The translations under genes were made by a program, and so were the position numbers. Positions 38,750 through 48,150 of a DNA stretch of 64,000 nt are shown piece by piece (the stretch's first letter is position 1; the number at the start of each line of letters is the position of its first letter). The notes under the pieces are model-generated. The model worked only from the letters and a program-made list of their open reading frames with translations. It was not told the DNA's origin and ran no database searches. Source of the stretch: Candidatus Omnitrophota bacterium (lineage in GTDB: Bacteria > Omnitrophota > Gorgyraeia > Gygaellales > Profunditerraquicolaceae); NCBI GenBank assembly GCA_041651115.1, contig JBAZJY010000002.1, positions 414,855 to 478,854 of the forward strand, read 5' to 3'.

Positions 38750-40108
38750 ATGGAAAAAAGATCAGTCTCTTTGATTTTGCCGATGTTTAACGAGAAAGAA
38801 TACCTGGAAAAAACGGTTTCCACGGTCATTTCGGTTTTAGAGCCGTCATTCCCGGACTTTGAAGTAATCGTGGTTGATGACGCCAGTAACGACGGATCCG
38901 GGATGGTCGCCGAGCGGCTGGCTGCCGGGGACAGCCGGATCAGGGTCATTCATCATAAGAAAAACCGTAAGCTGGGCGGAGTTTTAAAGACCGGGTTTTC
39001 CGCGGCTTCAAAAGAGATCGTGGTCTATACGGATATGGATATGCCGTTTGATTTGTCGCAGTTAAGCGCGGTAATCCCCCTGGTTTTTGACTCCGATATA
39101 GTAATCGGCTGCCGTATAGGTAAAAGAGAGTCCTTCCTGCGCGTAGTTTATTCCTGGGCATACAATAAGTTGATAAATGTCATATTTAAGACCCGGGTCA
39201 AAGATGTGAATTTTGCCTTAAAAATATTTAAAAGAAAAATTTTAAACGAGATTAAACTGAAGTCCGAAGGCTCGTTCATAAATGCCGAATTCCTGGCGAA
39301 AGCACGAAAGCTTGGATACTCGATAAAAGAGGTAGAAATTGATTACACGCCGCGGACCTACGGTATTTCCCGGTTGTCCACGCCGCCGGTTATATGTAAA
39401 GTATTATACGAGATCGTAAAGTTTTATCCTGAGATCATCCGGTTCTCTAAAAAAAAGGCGATCTATGGCAGGCTGCGTGATTTTTATAAAAATGCCGGGC
39501 GCAAGGCAAAAATCTATAATTTCCTGCGTTTTAAGACCTGCCCTTTTGACAAGATAGAAAAATTCATCCCGAAGACAGGCAGTATATTGGATTTGGGATG
39601 CGGCACGGGCCTCTTGCTTAATACTTTGCGGCTGGAACAGGACAAACGGGCATTATTTGGTTTTGACCGGGACGCAAGAAAAATTGGGATTGCCGCGATC
39701 AGCCTGAATGAAAGCAGGGACATAGTTTTTAAAAAAGCGGACATTAGCGGCAGCAGCCTTGATTTGCCTAAAGCCAGCGCCATTATCTTAACGGATGTCA
39801 TGTATTGCCTGGATCATGAGAAAAAAATTGGCCTGTTGGAAAAATGTTTTACTGCGTTAGATGCCGGCGGCACGCTGCTGATCAAGGATATTGATAGAAG
39901 CTTCAATATAAAGTTTTTCTGGGCCTTCCTGCAGGAGTTCCTGGCGGTAAAAATCTTCGGCCTGACTTCTGCCGACGGGATTTATTTTGAAAATAAAAAG
40001 CAGTACCTTTCACTCCTGAAAAAAAGCGGTTTTATCGCTAATCAGTATTTTGACCTGAGCAAAGGGTATTTCTATCCTCATATTCTATATGCCGGAAAAA
40101 AACCGTAG
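38750..40108 (+). CDS. GT2-family glycosyltransferase (HpnI/ArnC-like, polyprenyl-phosphate sugar transferase type) fused to a class-I SAM-dependent methyltransferase domain
   Basis: N: SLILPMFNEKEYL, VVDDASNDGS, YTDMD. C: ILDLGCGTGLL (motif I) and LLIKDID. Confidence 0.75.
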   Translation: MEKRSVSLILPMFNEKEYLEKTVSTVISVLEPSFPDFEVIVVDDASNDGSGMVAERLAAGDSRIRVIHHKKNRKLGGVLKTGFSAASKEIVVYTDMDMPFDLSQLSAVIPLVFDSDIVIGCRIGKRESFLRVVYSWAYNKLINVIFKTRVKDVNFALKIFKRKILNEIKLKSEGSFINAEFLAKARKLGYSIKEVEIDYTPRTYGISRLSTPPVICKVLYEIVKFYPEIIRFSKKKAIYGRLRDFYKNAGRKAKIYNFLRFKTCPFDKIEKFIPKTGSILDLGCGTGLLLNTLRLEQDKRALFGFDRDARKIGIAAISLNESRDIVFKKADISGSSLDLPKASAIILTDVMYCLDHEKKIGLLEKCFTALDAGGTLLIKDIDRSFNIKFFWAFLQEFLAVKIFGLTSADGIYFENKKQYLSLLKKSGFIANQYFDLSKGYFYPHILYAGKKP

Positions 40109-41525
40109 AAAAATACTCTTTATCAATCCTCCCTTAAGCATAAATCAACGTTATGGAATGTTGGGGCAAGCCGGGGGCAGCGAACCTCCCCTGGGTTTAT
40201 GCTATTTGGCTGCCGCGGTGAGAAAAGAAGGTTTTACAGCCGGAATAATTGATGCGCAGGCGCAAAGACTCGGGTTAAAAGAAACAATGGAGCTGATTAA
40301 GGCCTTTGAGCCGTGTTATGTAGGCATTACGGCTTCGACAATGGCCATAGAAAGCGCTGCGGCCTTGGCGCGGGATATAAAAGTGTCGGACCCCGGCATT
40401 AAAATTATAATCGGCGGCTGCCATATCAGCTCTTTACCCGCGGAAACTTTTGCTGAATACAAATTTTTTGATATCGGGGTAATCGGTGAAGGGGAGGATA
40501 CGGTCCGGGAGCTGCTCTTGGCCCTGGAGAACAATATGGGCTTAAAAGATATCAAGGGTATCGCCATAAGAGAAAACGGGAGTGTTTATTTATCGTTGCC
40601 GCGGCCAAGGATAAAAGACCTGGACAGTTTAGCCTATCCTGCTTTTGATCTGCTGCCTGACATACGCAGATTCTATAGGTTACCGGCGCAAAGTTTGGCT
40701 GATAGCCGCAGTTTTTCGTTAGTCACTTCCCGCGGCTGCATGGGAAAGTGTTCTTTTTGCGACAAAAAAGTTTTTGGAAATTATATAAGCATGCACAGTG
40801 CTGAATATATAACAGAAATGATTCGCATCTTAAATCAGGATTACAAAATAACCAATATAATGTTTGAGGACGATAATTTTATGGCCTCCAGGCAAAGGCT
40901 GAAGGACATAGCCGATTTAATGGCTAAAAAAAAGCTTAAGACCCGCTGTACGGTTTTAGCGCGGATGGATAACGTAGACGAAGAATCGTTAAAAATATTA
41001 AAAGGCATGGGTTGCTGGCAGATATCATACGGCATTGAAAGCGGCTCCCAAAGGATTTTAGATTTTTATAATAAAGGGATTACTGTCCAGCAAATAAGAA
41101 ACGTGGCAGGATTGACCAAAAGCGCCGGTTTAAAAGTTAAATGCTTTTTTATCTGGGGTAACCCAACGGAAGACCGGGAATCCATCAGGGAAACCGCTGA
41201 TCTTGTAAAAAATTCCGGTGTTGATGATATTTCGGTAACTTTCTTTACGCCTTTTCCCGGCTCAGAGATATGGCCGGATATAAGATCTTACGGGGATTTT
41301 GATAAAAACTGGGAAAAAATGAGCTGTTTTGAATTGGTTTTTAGGCCTTACGGGTTGGAAAAAGAATATTTAATCAACAGCAGGAAAAAAATCTTGAGAG
41401 ATTTTTATTTTCGGCCTAAACTTATATTTTCTTATTTGATCCGTATCAGATCGCTGGCGCAACTTAAAGAACTGATTTTAAGCGCCTATTGTTTGTTCCG
41501 TTATATATTAAAAGGGGTGGAATGA
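40089..41525 (+). CDS. B12-binding-domain radical SAM protein (class B; HpnJ-like)
   Basis: The N-terminal cobalamin-binding Rossmann-like region is followed by CMGKCSFC (CX3CX2C); 478 aa. Confidence 0.8.
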   Translation: MPEKNRRKILFINPPLSINQRYGMLGQAGGSEPPLGLCYLAAAVRKEGFTAGIIDAQAQRLGLKETMELIKAFEPCYVGITASTMAIESAAALARDIKVSDPGIKIIIGGCHISSLPAETFAEYKFFDIGVIGEGEDTVRELLLALENNMGLKDIKGIAIRENGSVYLSLPRPRIKDLDSLAYPAFDLLPDIRRFYRLPAQSLADSRSFSLVTSRGCMGKCSFCDKKVFGNYISMHSAEYITEMIRILNQDYKITNIMFEDDNFMASRQRLKDIADLMAKKKLKTRCTVLARMDNVDEESLKILKGMGCWQISYGIESGSQRILDFYNKGITVQQIRNVAGLTKSAGLKVKCFFIWGNPTEDRESIRETADLVKNSGVDDISVTFFTPFPGSEIWPDIRSYGDFDKNWEKMSCFELVFRPYGLEKEYLINSRKKILRDFYFRPKLIFSYLIRIRSLAQLKELILSAYCLFRYILKGVE

Positions 41526-42340
41526 GCAGGTCTTTAATCGTCAATGCCGATGATTTCGGTTTAGATAACCGGATAAACCAGGGTATAGCCGAATGCTGCT
41601 CAAGCGGGATCGTCAGGAGCATCTCGCTTGTTGCCAACGGCCCGGCATTTGAGCATGCCTTAAGCCTGGCCCGGCAAATGCCGGATACCGGCATCGGAGT
41701 GCATTTATGTTTAGTCAATGAAAAACCGCTTCTGGCCGGCATGGCCGGCCAGAACGGGTTGCTGCCGCAGGATTGTTACCGTTTATTTTTTAAGCTCTGC
41801 AGCCGGCGCTTGAACCTTTTGGATGTAGAACAGGAACTTGACGCGCAGATAAAAAAAATTTTGGACAGCGGCATAACGCCTACGCACCTTGATAGCCATC
41901 AGTATACGCATCTGATCCCTGCGATATTTGATATTGTGATGCGGCTGGGAAAGAAGTATAATATTAAATGGATACGCTGCCCGCGGGGGTGGAGGCGGGC
42001 CCGCGGCGCATCATCCGCAGACCTTTTTAAAAAAACATATCTGGCATTGTTTTCCCGCCGGCGGATAGAAGCGCTAAAAGGCAACGGCTTTCGCTGCGCC
42101 GATATTTCTTTTGGTTTTACCGGCAGTGGCCGGCTTAGTGAACAGGCGGTAAGGGAATTTTTGCAGAGATTTGGCTCCGGCATGGCGGATCTGGCTTGCC
42201 ATCCGGGATATTTACCGCAAAGCGGCAAGTACCGCGCATGGGGCTATTGCTGGGAAGAAGAAGCCGCGGTCCTTAAAAGCAAGGGCATAAGAACATTGAT
42301 TGAAAAATTGAATATTAGCCTTACCAACTATGCAGCTTAA
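41522..42340 (+). CDS. YdjC/ChbG-family carbohydrate deacetylase (HpnK-like)
   Basis: LIVNADDFGL...THLDSHQYTH pattern. The start ATG at 41522 overlaps the preceding stop. Confidence 0.75.
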   Translation: MSRSLIVNADDFGLDNRINQGIAECCSSGIVRSISLVANGPAFEHALSLARQMPDTGIGVHLCLVNEKPLLAGMAGQNGLLPQDCYRLFFKLCSRRLNLLDVEQELDAQIKKILDSGITPTHLDSHQYTHLIPAIFDIVMRLGKKYNIKWIRCPRGWRRARGASSADLFKKTYLALFSRRRIEALKGNGFRCADISFGFTGSGRLSEQAVREFLQRFGSGMADLACHPGYLPQSGKYRAWGYCWEEEAAVLKSKGIRTLIEKLNISLTNYAA

Positions 42341-44528
42341 AAAGACATTCTCTTTTTTTCATCTGTTTTTGCTCTTTCTGCTGATCGTATTTTACGGGGT
42401 GAACAATTATATTTGGCTGCATTTAAATCGTTATCCTTTTGTGGATGACGAGGCAGTGCATTTGATCTCCGCAACGCGCTATATGGAGACCCTTTCCCGG
42501 CCCGGCGCGGATATGTTTTCGGCGTTAGCCGGCGTGGACAAGCTTTACCCGCCGTTTTTCCCGTTTATAGCCTCTCTTTTTGGCCTTGCCTTTGGAGGCG
42601 GGGCTGTCAGTATTATCTTATCCAATCTCTTATTTTTATTCGGTATATTCGTTTGCCTGTATTTTATCGGATTAAAAATGGGCGACGCAAGGCTCGGGCT
42701 CCTGGCAGCGCTGATACTGTCGCTGTACCCGATGATTTTCCAGCTTGGCCGCATGTGCATGCTGGAAACCGCGTTAACTTTTACTGTAGTTGCCGCTGTC
42801 ACGGCAATGATCTATTCCGATGGCTTTAAAAGAACGAAGCCGAGCGCCCTGTTTGGGCTGATTTTCGGGCTGGGCGTCCTGACAAAACAAAGCTATGTGG
42901 TGTTGATCATCGGCCCTTTGCTGCTTATCGCGGGAGTTTCCCTTTTTAAGGGGAGTTGGCAGGACAGGAGGAGGGTGGCCGGTAATTTACTTTTATCTTT
43001 TGTAATAGGGGCAGCTGTTGCCTCTTTGTGGTATGTGCCGAATTTTAAGACAATGTTGCCTCTGGCCATAGCCGCGGCTACCGATTCGGCTTTAGTGCCG
43101 TATAACATACCGGTTTTTTCCTTCTGGTCATTTTCCTTCTACTTACGTTCGCTGGTCAACGAACAGATACTCTTTTTCTTCTTTGTGCTGCTCTTAATGG
43201 CAACCCCCGTATTTTTTAAACGGAAAAAAGATGAATTTTTCTTTCTGTTCCTCGTTTGGATCATAGTTACCTATCTTATCCGGACTTTCATCGGCAATAA
43301 ATTCCTTTATTATACTGTATCTTGCCTTCCTGCCGTGGCGCTGGTCACGGCCTGCGGCATTATGAATATGAAAAAGGATTCTTTAAGGAAGATAATAATC
43401 TGGCTTATCTTTATCGTCGGGTTTGCTCAGTATTTCCTGATTTCCTATATCCACTACGGCCATGTCAGTCTGCACATGGCTTTTCATACCGGGACCGAAA
43501 AAGACAAAAGCAGGATGTTGGATATTTTCCTGTTTCCCGGAACAGAGATCCTTGCGGGGGTAAAACATTTTCCCCGGGGCGGAAACTTCAAGCGCCTGGA
43601 GCTGGTCAACGCCATATTAAAGGGATCGCGCGGTATCATGCCGAAGATCGGGGTTTTTGGTTTTGACCCCAATTTGGAAAATAAGAAAGACCCCGGTAAA
43701 TCCGTGATCATGACCAAGCTTGATAGTTATGCCGGAGCCAATTTTGACGGCCTGAATTATTATTTATTGTCGCAGAAGATATCTTATAAGATTTTTCCGT
43801 TGAATTCCGATCTGGACATGAGGGTAAATTTTATCGTTACGCCGATCGAGCTGGAAAAGATAGACTCCGCCGATTTTAAAATTCCCATCCGGGATTTTGT
43901 GCCGGTAGAAGAATTTGCCATGCCGGATACCAGCAGCGTTTATCTATACCGGCTCAGCAAGGTAACCCCGTTTATCCTCAATTATACCCCGCAGCTTTCA
44001 CCGGAATATAAAATGTCCAGCGCCCGGATCGATATCCACAGCGCAGACATGAAATTTGCGTTTAAGGATGTTAAAAGCAACGGCGTAGCCCAGGTTGCCG
44101 AGTGGCTGCCGGAAAAAGATTGGACGAAAAGCTGGATTACGCAAATGGAACTGGTCAGTAATATGTGGCAGCAGCTGTGGATAGAATTTGTGCCGCTTGA
44201 ATCGGGTGATATGTATATACAGTTCAGGGGATCGTTTTATCCGGATAATGAATCCAACCACCATGAAGTTTATGTTGATGACGTAGCCATAGAAGGCAAG
44301 GGGCTGAAGATCGTAAACGGCAGCTTTGAAGAGCAGAACTATCTCGGTAGTCCTTTAACTTGGGATTTGCCCGTGGCATCATCCAGCCAAACTACGGAGT
44401 TGGCACGCAGCGGAAGGTGCTCGGTTCTTATTTGGCATGACAGCCCGCTGGTAAAGAAAATACCCGTAAAGGCAGGGGTGAAATACCGCCTTAGCGCGTG
44501 GTTCAAACCGTATAATCCGGTAGAATAA
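42330..44528 (+). CDS. ArnT/PMT-like (GT39/GT83) polytopic membrane glycosyltransferase with a C-terminal periplasmic beta-rich (CBM-like) domain
   Basis: About 11 predicted TM helices. A conserved acidic loop motif YPFVDDEAVHLISATRYME follows TM1. The C-terminal roughly 250 aa are soluble. Confidence 0.7.
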   Translation: MQLKKTFSFFHLFLLFLLIVFYGVNNYIWLHLNRYPFVDDEAVHLISATRYMETLSRPGADMFSALAGVDKLYPPFFPFIASLFGLAFGGGAVSIILSNLLFLFGIFVCLYFIGLKMGDARLGLLAALILSLYPMIFQLGRMCMLETALTFTVVAAVTAMIYSDGFKRTKPSALFGLIFGLGVLTKQSYVVLIIGPLLLIAGVSLFKGSWQDRRRVAGNLLLSFVIGAAVASLWYVPNFKTMLPLAIAAATDSALVPYNIPVFSFWSFSFYLRSLVNEQILFFFFVLLLMATPVFFKRKKDEFFFLFLVWIIVTYLIRTFIGNKFLYYTVSCLPAVALVTACGIMNMKKDSLRKIIIWLIFIVGFAQYFLISYIHYGHVSLHMAFHTGTEKDKSRMLDIFLFPGTEILAGVKHFPRGGNFKRLELVNAILKGSRGIMPKIGVFGFDPNLENKKDPGKSVIMTKLDSYAGANFDGLNYYLLSQKISYKIFPLNSDLDMRVNFIVTPIELEKIDSADFKIPIRDFVPVEEFAMPDTSSVYLYRLSKVTPFILNYTPQLSPEYKMSSARIDIHSADMKFAFKDVKSNGVAQVAEWLPEKDWTKSWITQMELVSNMWQQLWIEFVPLESGDMYIQFRGSFYPDNESNHHEVYVDDVAIEGKGLKIVNGSFEEQNYLGSPLTWDLPVASSSQTTELARSGRCSVLIWHDSPLVKKIPVKAGVKYRLSAWFKPYNPVE

Positions 44529-44580
44529 ATAGGGACAGACACTATTTTTCTGTAGAAAAATAGTGTCTGTCCCTATTTAT
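44529..44580 (+). terminator. Perfect 22-bp palindrome followed by a T-rich run (terminator of the LPS-core operon)
   Basis: aatagggacagacactatttttctgtagaaaaatagtgtctgtccctatttatttttc. Confidence 0.7.
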
Positions 44581-44638
44581 TTTTCTCCTATTTTTCGTTT
44601 GCTAAAGCCACTAATTTATGATAAACTGACATCTTCGT

Positions 44639-45568
44639 ATGCTCAATATTAATAAGGTAAAGACATATTCGGTTTTAAAACGCAAAAGCAAGGTAAATAT
44701 GGCTGATTTTGCTAAAGCCCCCGCTGTTGGCCGCAGCTTTGCGGCATTTTACCGTTCTTTGCCCAATATCTTAAAGGCCAAGGACTTAAGGGCCATAGCT
44801 GGCGCGGTCGCGGCCGCCCGCACGAAGAAAAGATCGGTCATCTTTATGGCCGGCGCGCACGTCATAAAATGCGGGCTTAATCCCGTGCTGATCGAACTGA
44901 TAAAGAAAAAGATAATTACCTGTATCTGCCTTAACGGCGCAGGGATAATCCATGATTTTGAGATAGCTTTTCAGGCAAAGACATCCGAAGATGTGGGAGA
45001 GGGTTTAAAAGATGGTAAATTCGGCATGGGCAGGGAAACCGCGGATTTCATCAATCACGCCGTAAATGAAGGAGTGGTAAGCGGTTTAGGCTTAGGGCAA
45101 TCCGTGGCCGCAAAGATCTCAGGCAGCAAATTACGCCATAAAGATCTAAGCCTGCTTTATAACGCGTATAAATATAAAGTTCCGGTATGCGTGCATGTTG
45201 CCGTCGGCACGGATATTATCCATCAACACCCTTCTTTTGACGCTGCTTTTGCCGGAGAAGGTTCTTTGCGGGATTTTCGCAGGCTTACCGAAGAGATCGC
45301 CGGCTTGAATAACGGCGGAGTGGTAATGAATTTCGGCTCAAGCGTCATCCTGCCGGAAGTTTTTTTAAAGGCGCTGAATCTGGCGCGCAACCTCGGCAAG
45401 CGCGTGGGAAATTTTACTGCCGCTAATTTTGACATGATCCATCATTACCGGCCGTTCCAGAACGTAGTGTCCCGGCCAACGCAGGATTCGGGCAAAGGCT
45501 ATTACATTGTCGGCCATCATGAGATCATGCTGCCGCTTCTGGCGCAGGCAATAATAGAAAGCGTTTAA
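44639..45568 (+). CDS. Deoxyhypusine-synthase-like (DS family) protein; the start may instead be at 44699
   Basis: Pattern VIFMAGAHVIKCGLNPVLIELIKKKIITCICLNGAGIIHDFEIAF resembles the DHS core (IFLG..GA.VP.G.R..I.ELI..G.ID.IVTTGAN..HD.IEA). The assignment is from memory. Confidence 0.45.
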   Translation: MLNINKVKTYSVLKRKSKVNMADFAKAPAVGRSFAAFYRSLPNILKAKDLRAIAGAVAAARTKKRSVIFMAGAHVIKCGLNPVLIELIKKKIITCICLNGAGIIHDFEIAFQAKTSEDVGEGLKDGKFGMGRETADFINHAVNEGVVSGLGLGQSVAAKISGSKLRHKDLSLLYNAYKYKVPVCVHVAVGTDIIHQHPSFDAAFAGEGSLRDFRRLTEEIAGLNNGGVVMNFGSSVILPEVFLKALNLARNLGKRVGNFTAANFDMIHHYRPFQNVVSRPTQDSGKGYYIVGHHEIMLPLLAQAIIESV

Positions 45569-45569
45569 G

Positions 45570-46592
45570 ATGGAATCAAAGCTTAAATCGGTAATACAAA
45601 AATTTGCTAAATCAAAGATATTGGTCATCGGCGACCTCATCCTTGACGAATTTGTCTGGGGCAGCGTAGACAGGATCTCCCCGGAGGCGCCGGTGCCGGT
45701 GGTCTGGGCAGGAAGGCGTTCGTATATGCCCGGAGGAGCGGCCAACGTTGCCAATAATATTGCCGCACTCGACGGAAAGGTTACCCTTATCGGCGTTATC
45801 GGTAACGACAAGAACGCGGAGATCCTTTTATCAGAAATAAAGAAAAGGAAGATTTCCGGAAAAGGGATCTTTGCCGAGCCAAAGCGCCATACTACGGTTA
45901 AGACGCGCATTGTTGCCGGCCATCAGCAGGTCGTGCGCGTTGATTGGGAGCATCGCGACAGCCTGCCGGAAGCGCTCAACGCGAAGATACTTAGATACAT
46001 TGAAAAAAATATCGCCGCTTACGATGCCATTATCATAGAAGATTATGGAAAAGGCGTGGTCAACGCGCATTTGCTGGAAGAGGTTACCCGGCTGGCGCAG
46101 AAAAATAAAAAAGTAGTTACCGTAGACCCTAAAGAGGAAAATTTTCTTTATTACCGGGGGGTGACCGCGATCACGCCCAATCGCAAAGAGTTGGAAAACG
46201 CGGTGCGGAATTTAAAGATCCAGGATAAGACAAACCGCTTCCGGGTGCACAGTGACCGGCTTTTCAGCGATAAGGAGATCGATCTGGCCTGCGATCAGAT
46301 CCTGAAGTATCTTAATCTTGATTCTATCCTTGTGACGATGGGGGAACATGGGATGCGCTTGTTTGAAAAAAACGGCCGGTTGACCAATATCCCGACCGTA
46401 GCCCAGGAAGTATTTGATGTTTCCGGAGCAGGAGATACGGTGATCGCCGCATTTACGCTGGCGCTTTCCTGCGGAGCAAGCAAGCCCGAGGCAGCGTATA
46501 TCGCTAATTTTGCCGCAGGCATCGTAGTCGGCAAGCTCGGCACGGCTACAACCACAAGAAAAGAATTGACTGAAAGGCTGGCTGTAAAATGA
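45570..46592 (+). CDS. D-glycero-beta-D-manno-heptose-7-phosphate kinase (HldE/RfaE kinase domain, PfkB family)
   Basis: ILVIGDLILDEFVWGSVDRISPEAPVPV and the GAGDT C-terminal motif. Confidence 0.82.
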   Translation: MESKLKSVIQKFAKSKILVIGDLILDEFVWGSVDRISPEAPVPVVWAGRRSYMPGGAANVANNIAALDGKVTLIGVIGNDKNAEILLSEIKKRKISGKGIFAEPKRHTTVKTRIVAGHQQVVRVDWEHRDSLPEALNAKILRYIEKNIAAYDAIIIEDYGKGVVNAHLLEEVTRLAQKNKKVVTVDPKEENFLYYRGVTAITPNRKELENAVRNLKIQDKTNRFRVHSDRLFSDKEIDLACDQILKYLNLDSILVTMGEHGMRLFEKNGRLTNIPTVAQEVFDVSGAGDTVIAAFTLALSCGASKPEAAYIANFAAGIVVGKLGTATTTRKELTERLAVK

Positions 46593-47335
46593 ACGTAATC
46601 GGCGTAATACCGGCAAGGTATTCTTCTACCCGCTTTGAAGGCAAGGTGCTGGCGAATATTTCCGGCAAGCCGATGATCCAGCACGTCTGGGAACGGGCAA
46701 AACAGGCTTTGATTTTAGATGATATCATTATTGCCTGCGACGATGAAAGGGTGGCTGACGCCGCCAATAGCTTCGGCGCGAAAGTCGTATTCACCGCCAA
46801 GGGCCATGTTTCGGGAACGGACAGGATCATTGAAGTGATCAATCCCCTTGAGGTAAAAGCCGTGATAAATATCCAGGCAGATGAGCCGCTTATCCATCCG
46901 ATGATGATCGAAGCGGTAGGCAGGGCATTGCTTGACGACCCGAAGATCTCCATGACCACCCTGATGAAAAAGATAGAAGACCCTGCCCAGGTAAACGACC
47001 CGCACGTGGTCAAGGTGGTGGTGGACAGGAATAATTTCGCGCTTTATTTTTCGCGCGCGGCAATACCGCATTATCCGGAAAATTCCGAGATCAAAGAACC
47101 GGTTTATTACAAGCATATCGGCCTTTACGGCTATACCAAGGATTTTCTTTTTACGTATAAGAATCTGCCGGTATCGCGGCTGGAAAAAACCGAACGTTTA
47201 GAGCAGCTGCGCGTGCTTGAAGAAGGATACCGCATAAAGGTCATTGAAACAAAATACGATACCGTCGGCGTGGATACGCCGCAGGATTTAGAGAAAGTAA
47301 GGGCAATAGTTTCCGCAAGCGAAGGCGTCAAATGA
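46589..47335 (+). CDS. kdsB: 3-deoxy-manno-octulosonate cytidylyltransferase (CMP-Kdo synthetase)
   Basis: VIGVIPARYSSTRFEGKVL ... IQADEP. Confidence 0.9.
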   Translation: MNVIGVIPARYSSTRFEGKVLANISGKPMIQHVWERAKQALILDDIIIACDDERVADAANSFGAKVVFTAKGHVSGTDRIIEVINPLEVKAVINIQADEPLIHPMMIEAVGRALLDDPKISMTTLMKKIEDPAQVNDPHVVKVVVDRNNFALYFSRAAIPHYPENSEIKEPVYYKHIGLYGYTKDFLFTYKNLPVSRLEKTERLEQLRVLEEGYRIKVIETKYDTVGVDTPQDLEKVRAIVSASEGVK

Positions 47336-48150
47336 AACAGGTAAAAGCAGGAAATATAAATATCGGAGATAAAAACCTACTGGTGCTGATTGCCGGGCCG
47401 TGCGTGATTGAATCGGAAGCAGCCTGTATGGATACCGCAAAGCAGCTTAAGGATATTGCCGCAAAGTCAGGCATCCCGTTTATTTTTAAATCCAGTTTTG
47501 ATAAGGCAAACCGCATGTCAGTAACTTCCTTTCGCGGCCCGGGCTTAAAAAAAGGGCTGCAGGTTCTGGCAAAGATAAAGGCAAAGTTAGGCGTTCCGGT
47601 ATTAAGCGATGTGCATTGTCGGCAGGACGTGGAGGAAGCAAAGGATGTCCTGGATATCATCCAGATCCCGGCCTTGCTCTGCCGTCAGACAGACCTTTTG
47701 CTTGCCGCGGCAAAAACCGGCAAAGCCGTAAACGTCAAAAAAGGCCAATTCCTCGCGCCGTGGGACATGCTGCCGATCATCCAAAAGATAGAATCTACCG
47801 GCAATAAGAATATCATGATTACCGAGCGCGGCGTATCTTTCGGTTATAATAATCTTGTCTCGGATTTCCGCGGCTTAAAGATCATGCGCGATCTCGGATA
47901 TCCGGTGGTTTATGATGCCACTCATAGCGTGCAGCTGCCGGGTGGAAAAGGCTCTTGTTCCGGCGGCCAGAGGGAATTTGTCGCAGGGCTTTCGCGGGCG
48001 GCGGCAGCGTTCGGTTGCGACGGCCTGTTTCTGGAAGTGCATCCGGACCCCGACAAAGCTTTATGCGACGGCCCGAATATGGTCAGCCTTAAAGAACTGG
48101 AAATTATTTTAAAACAGGTCAAAAAAATCAGGAAGGCATTATGGGAATAG
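47332..48150 (+). CDS. kdsA: 3-deoxy-8-phosphooctulonate synthase
   Basis: LLVLIAGPCVIES ... PFIFKSSFDKANR ... DATHSVQLP. Confidence 0.9.
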   Translation: MKQVKAGNINIGDKNLLVLIAGPCVIESEAACMDTAKQLKDIAAKSGIPFIFKSSFDKANRMSVTSFRGPGLKKGLQVLAKIKAKLGVPVLSDVHCRQDVEEAKDVLDIIQIPALLCRQTDLLLAAAKTGKAVNVKKGQFLAPWDMLPIIQKIESTGNKNIMITERGVSFGYNNLVSDFRGLKIMRDLGYPVVYDATHSVQLPGGKGSCSGGQREFVAGLSRAAAAFGCDGLFLEVHPDPDKALCDGPNMVSLKELEIILKQVKKIRKALWE

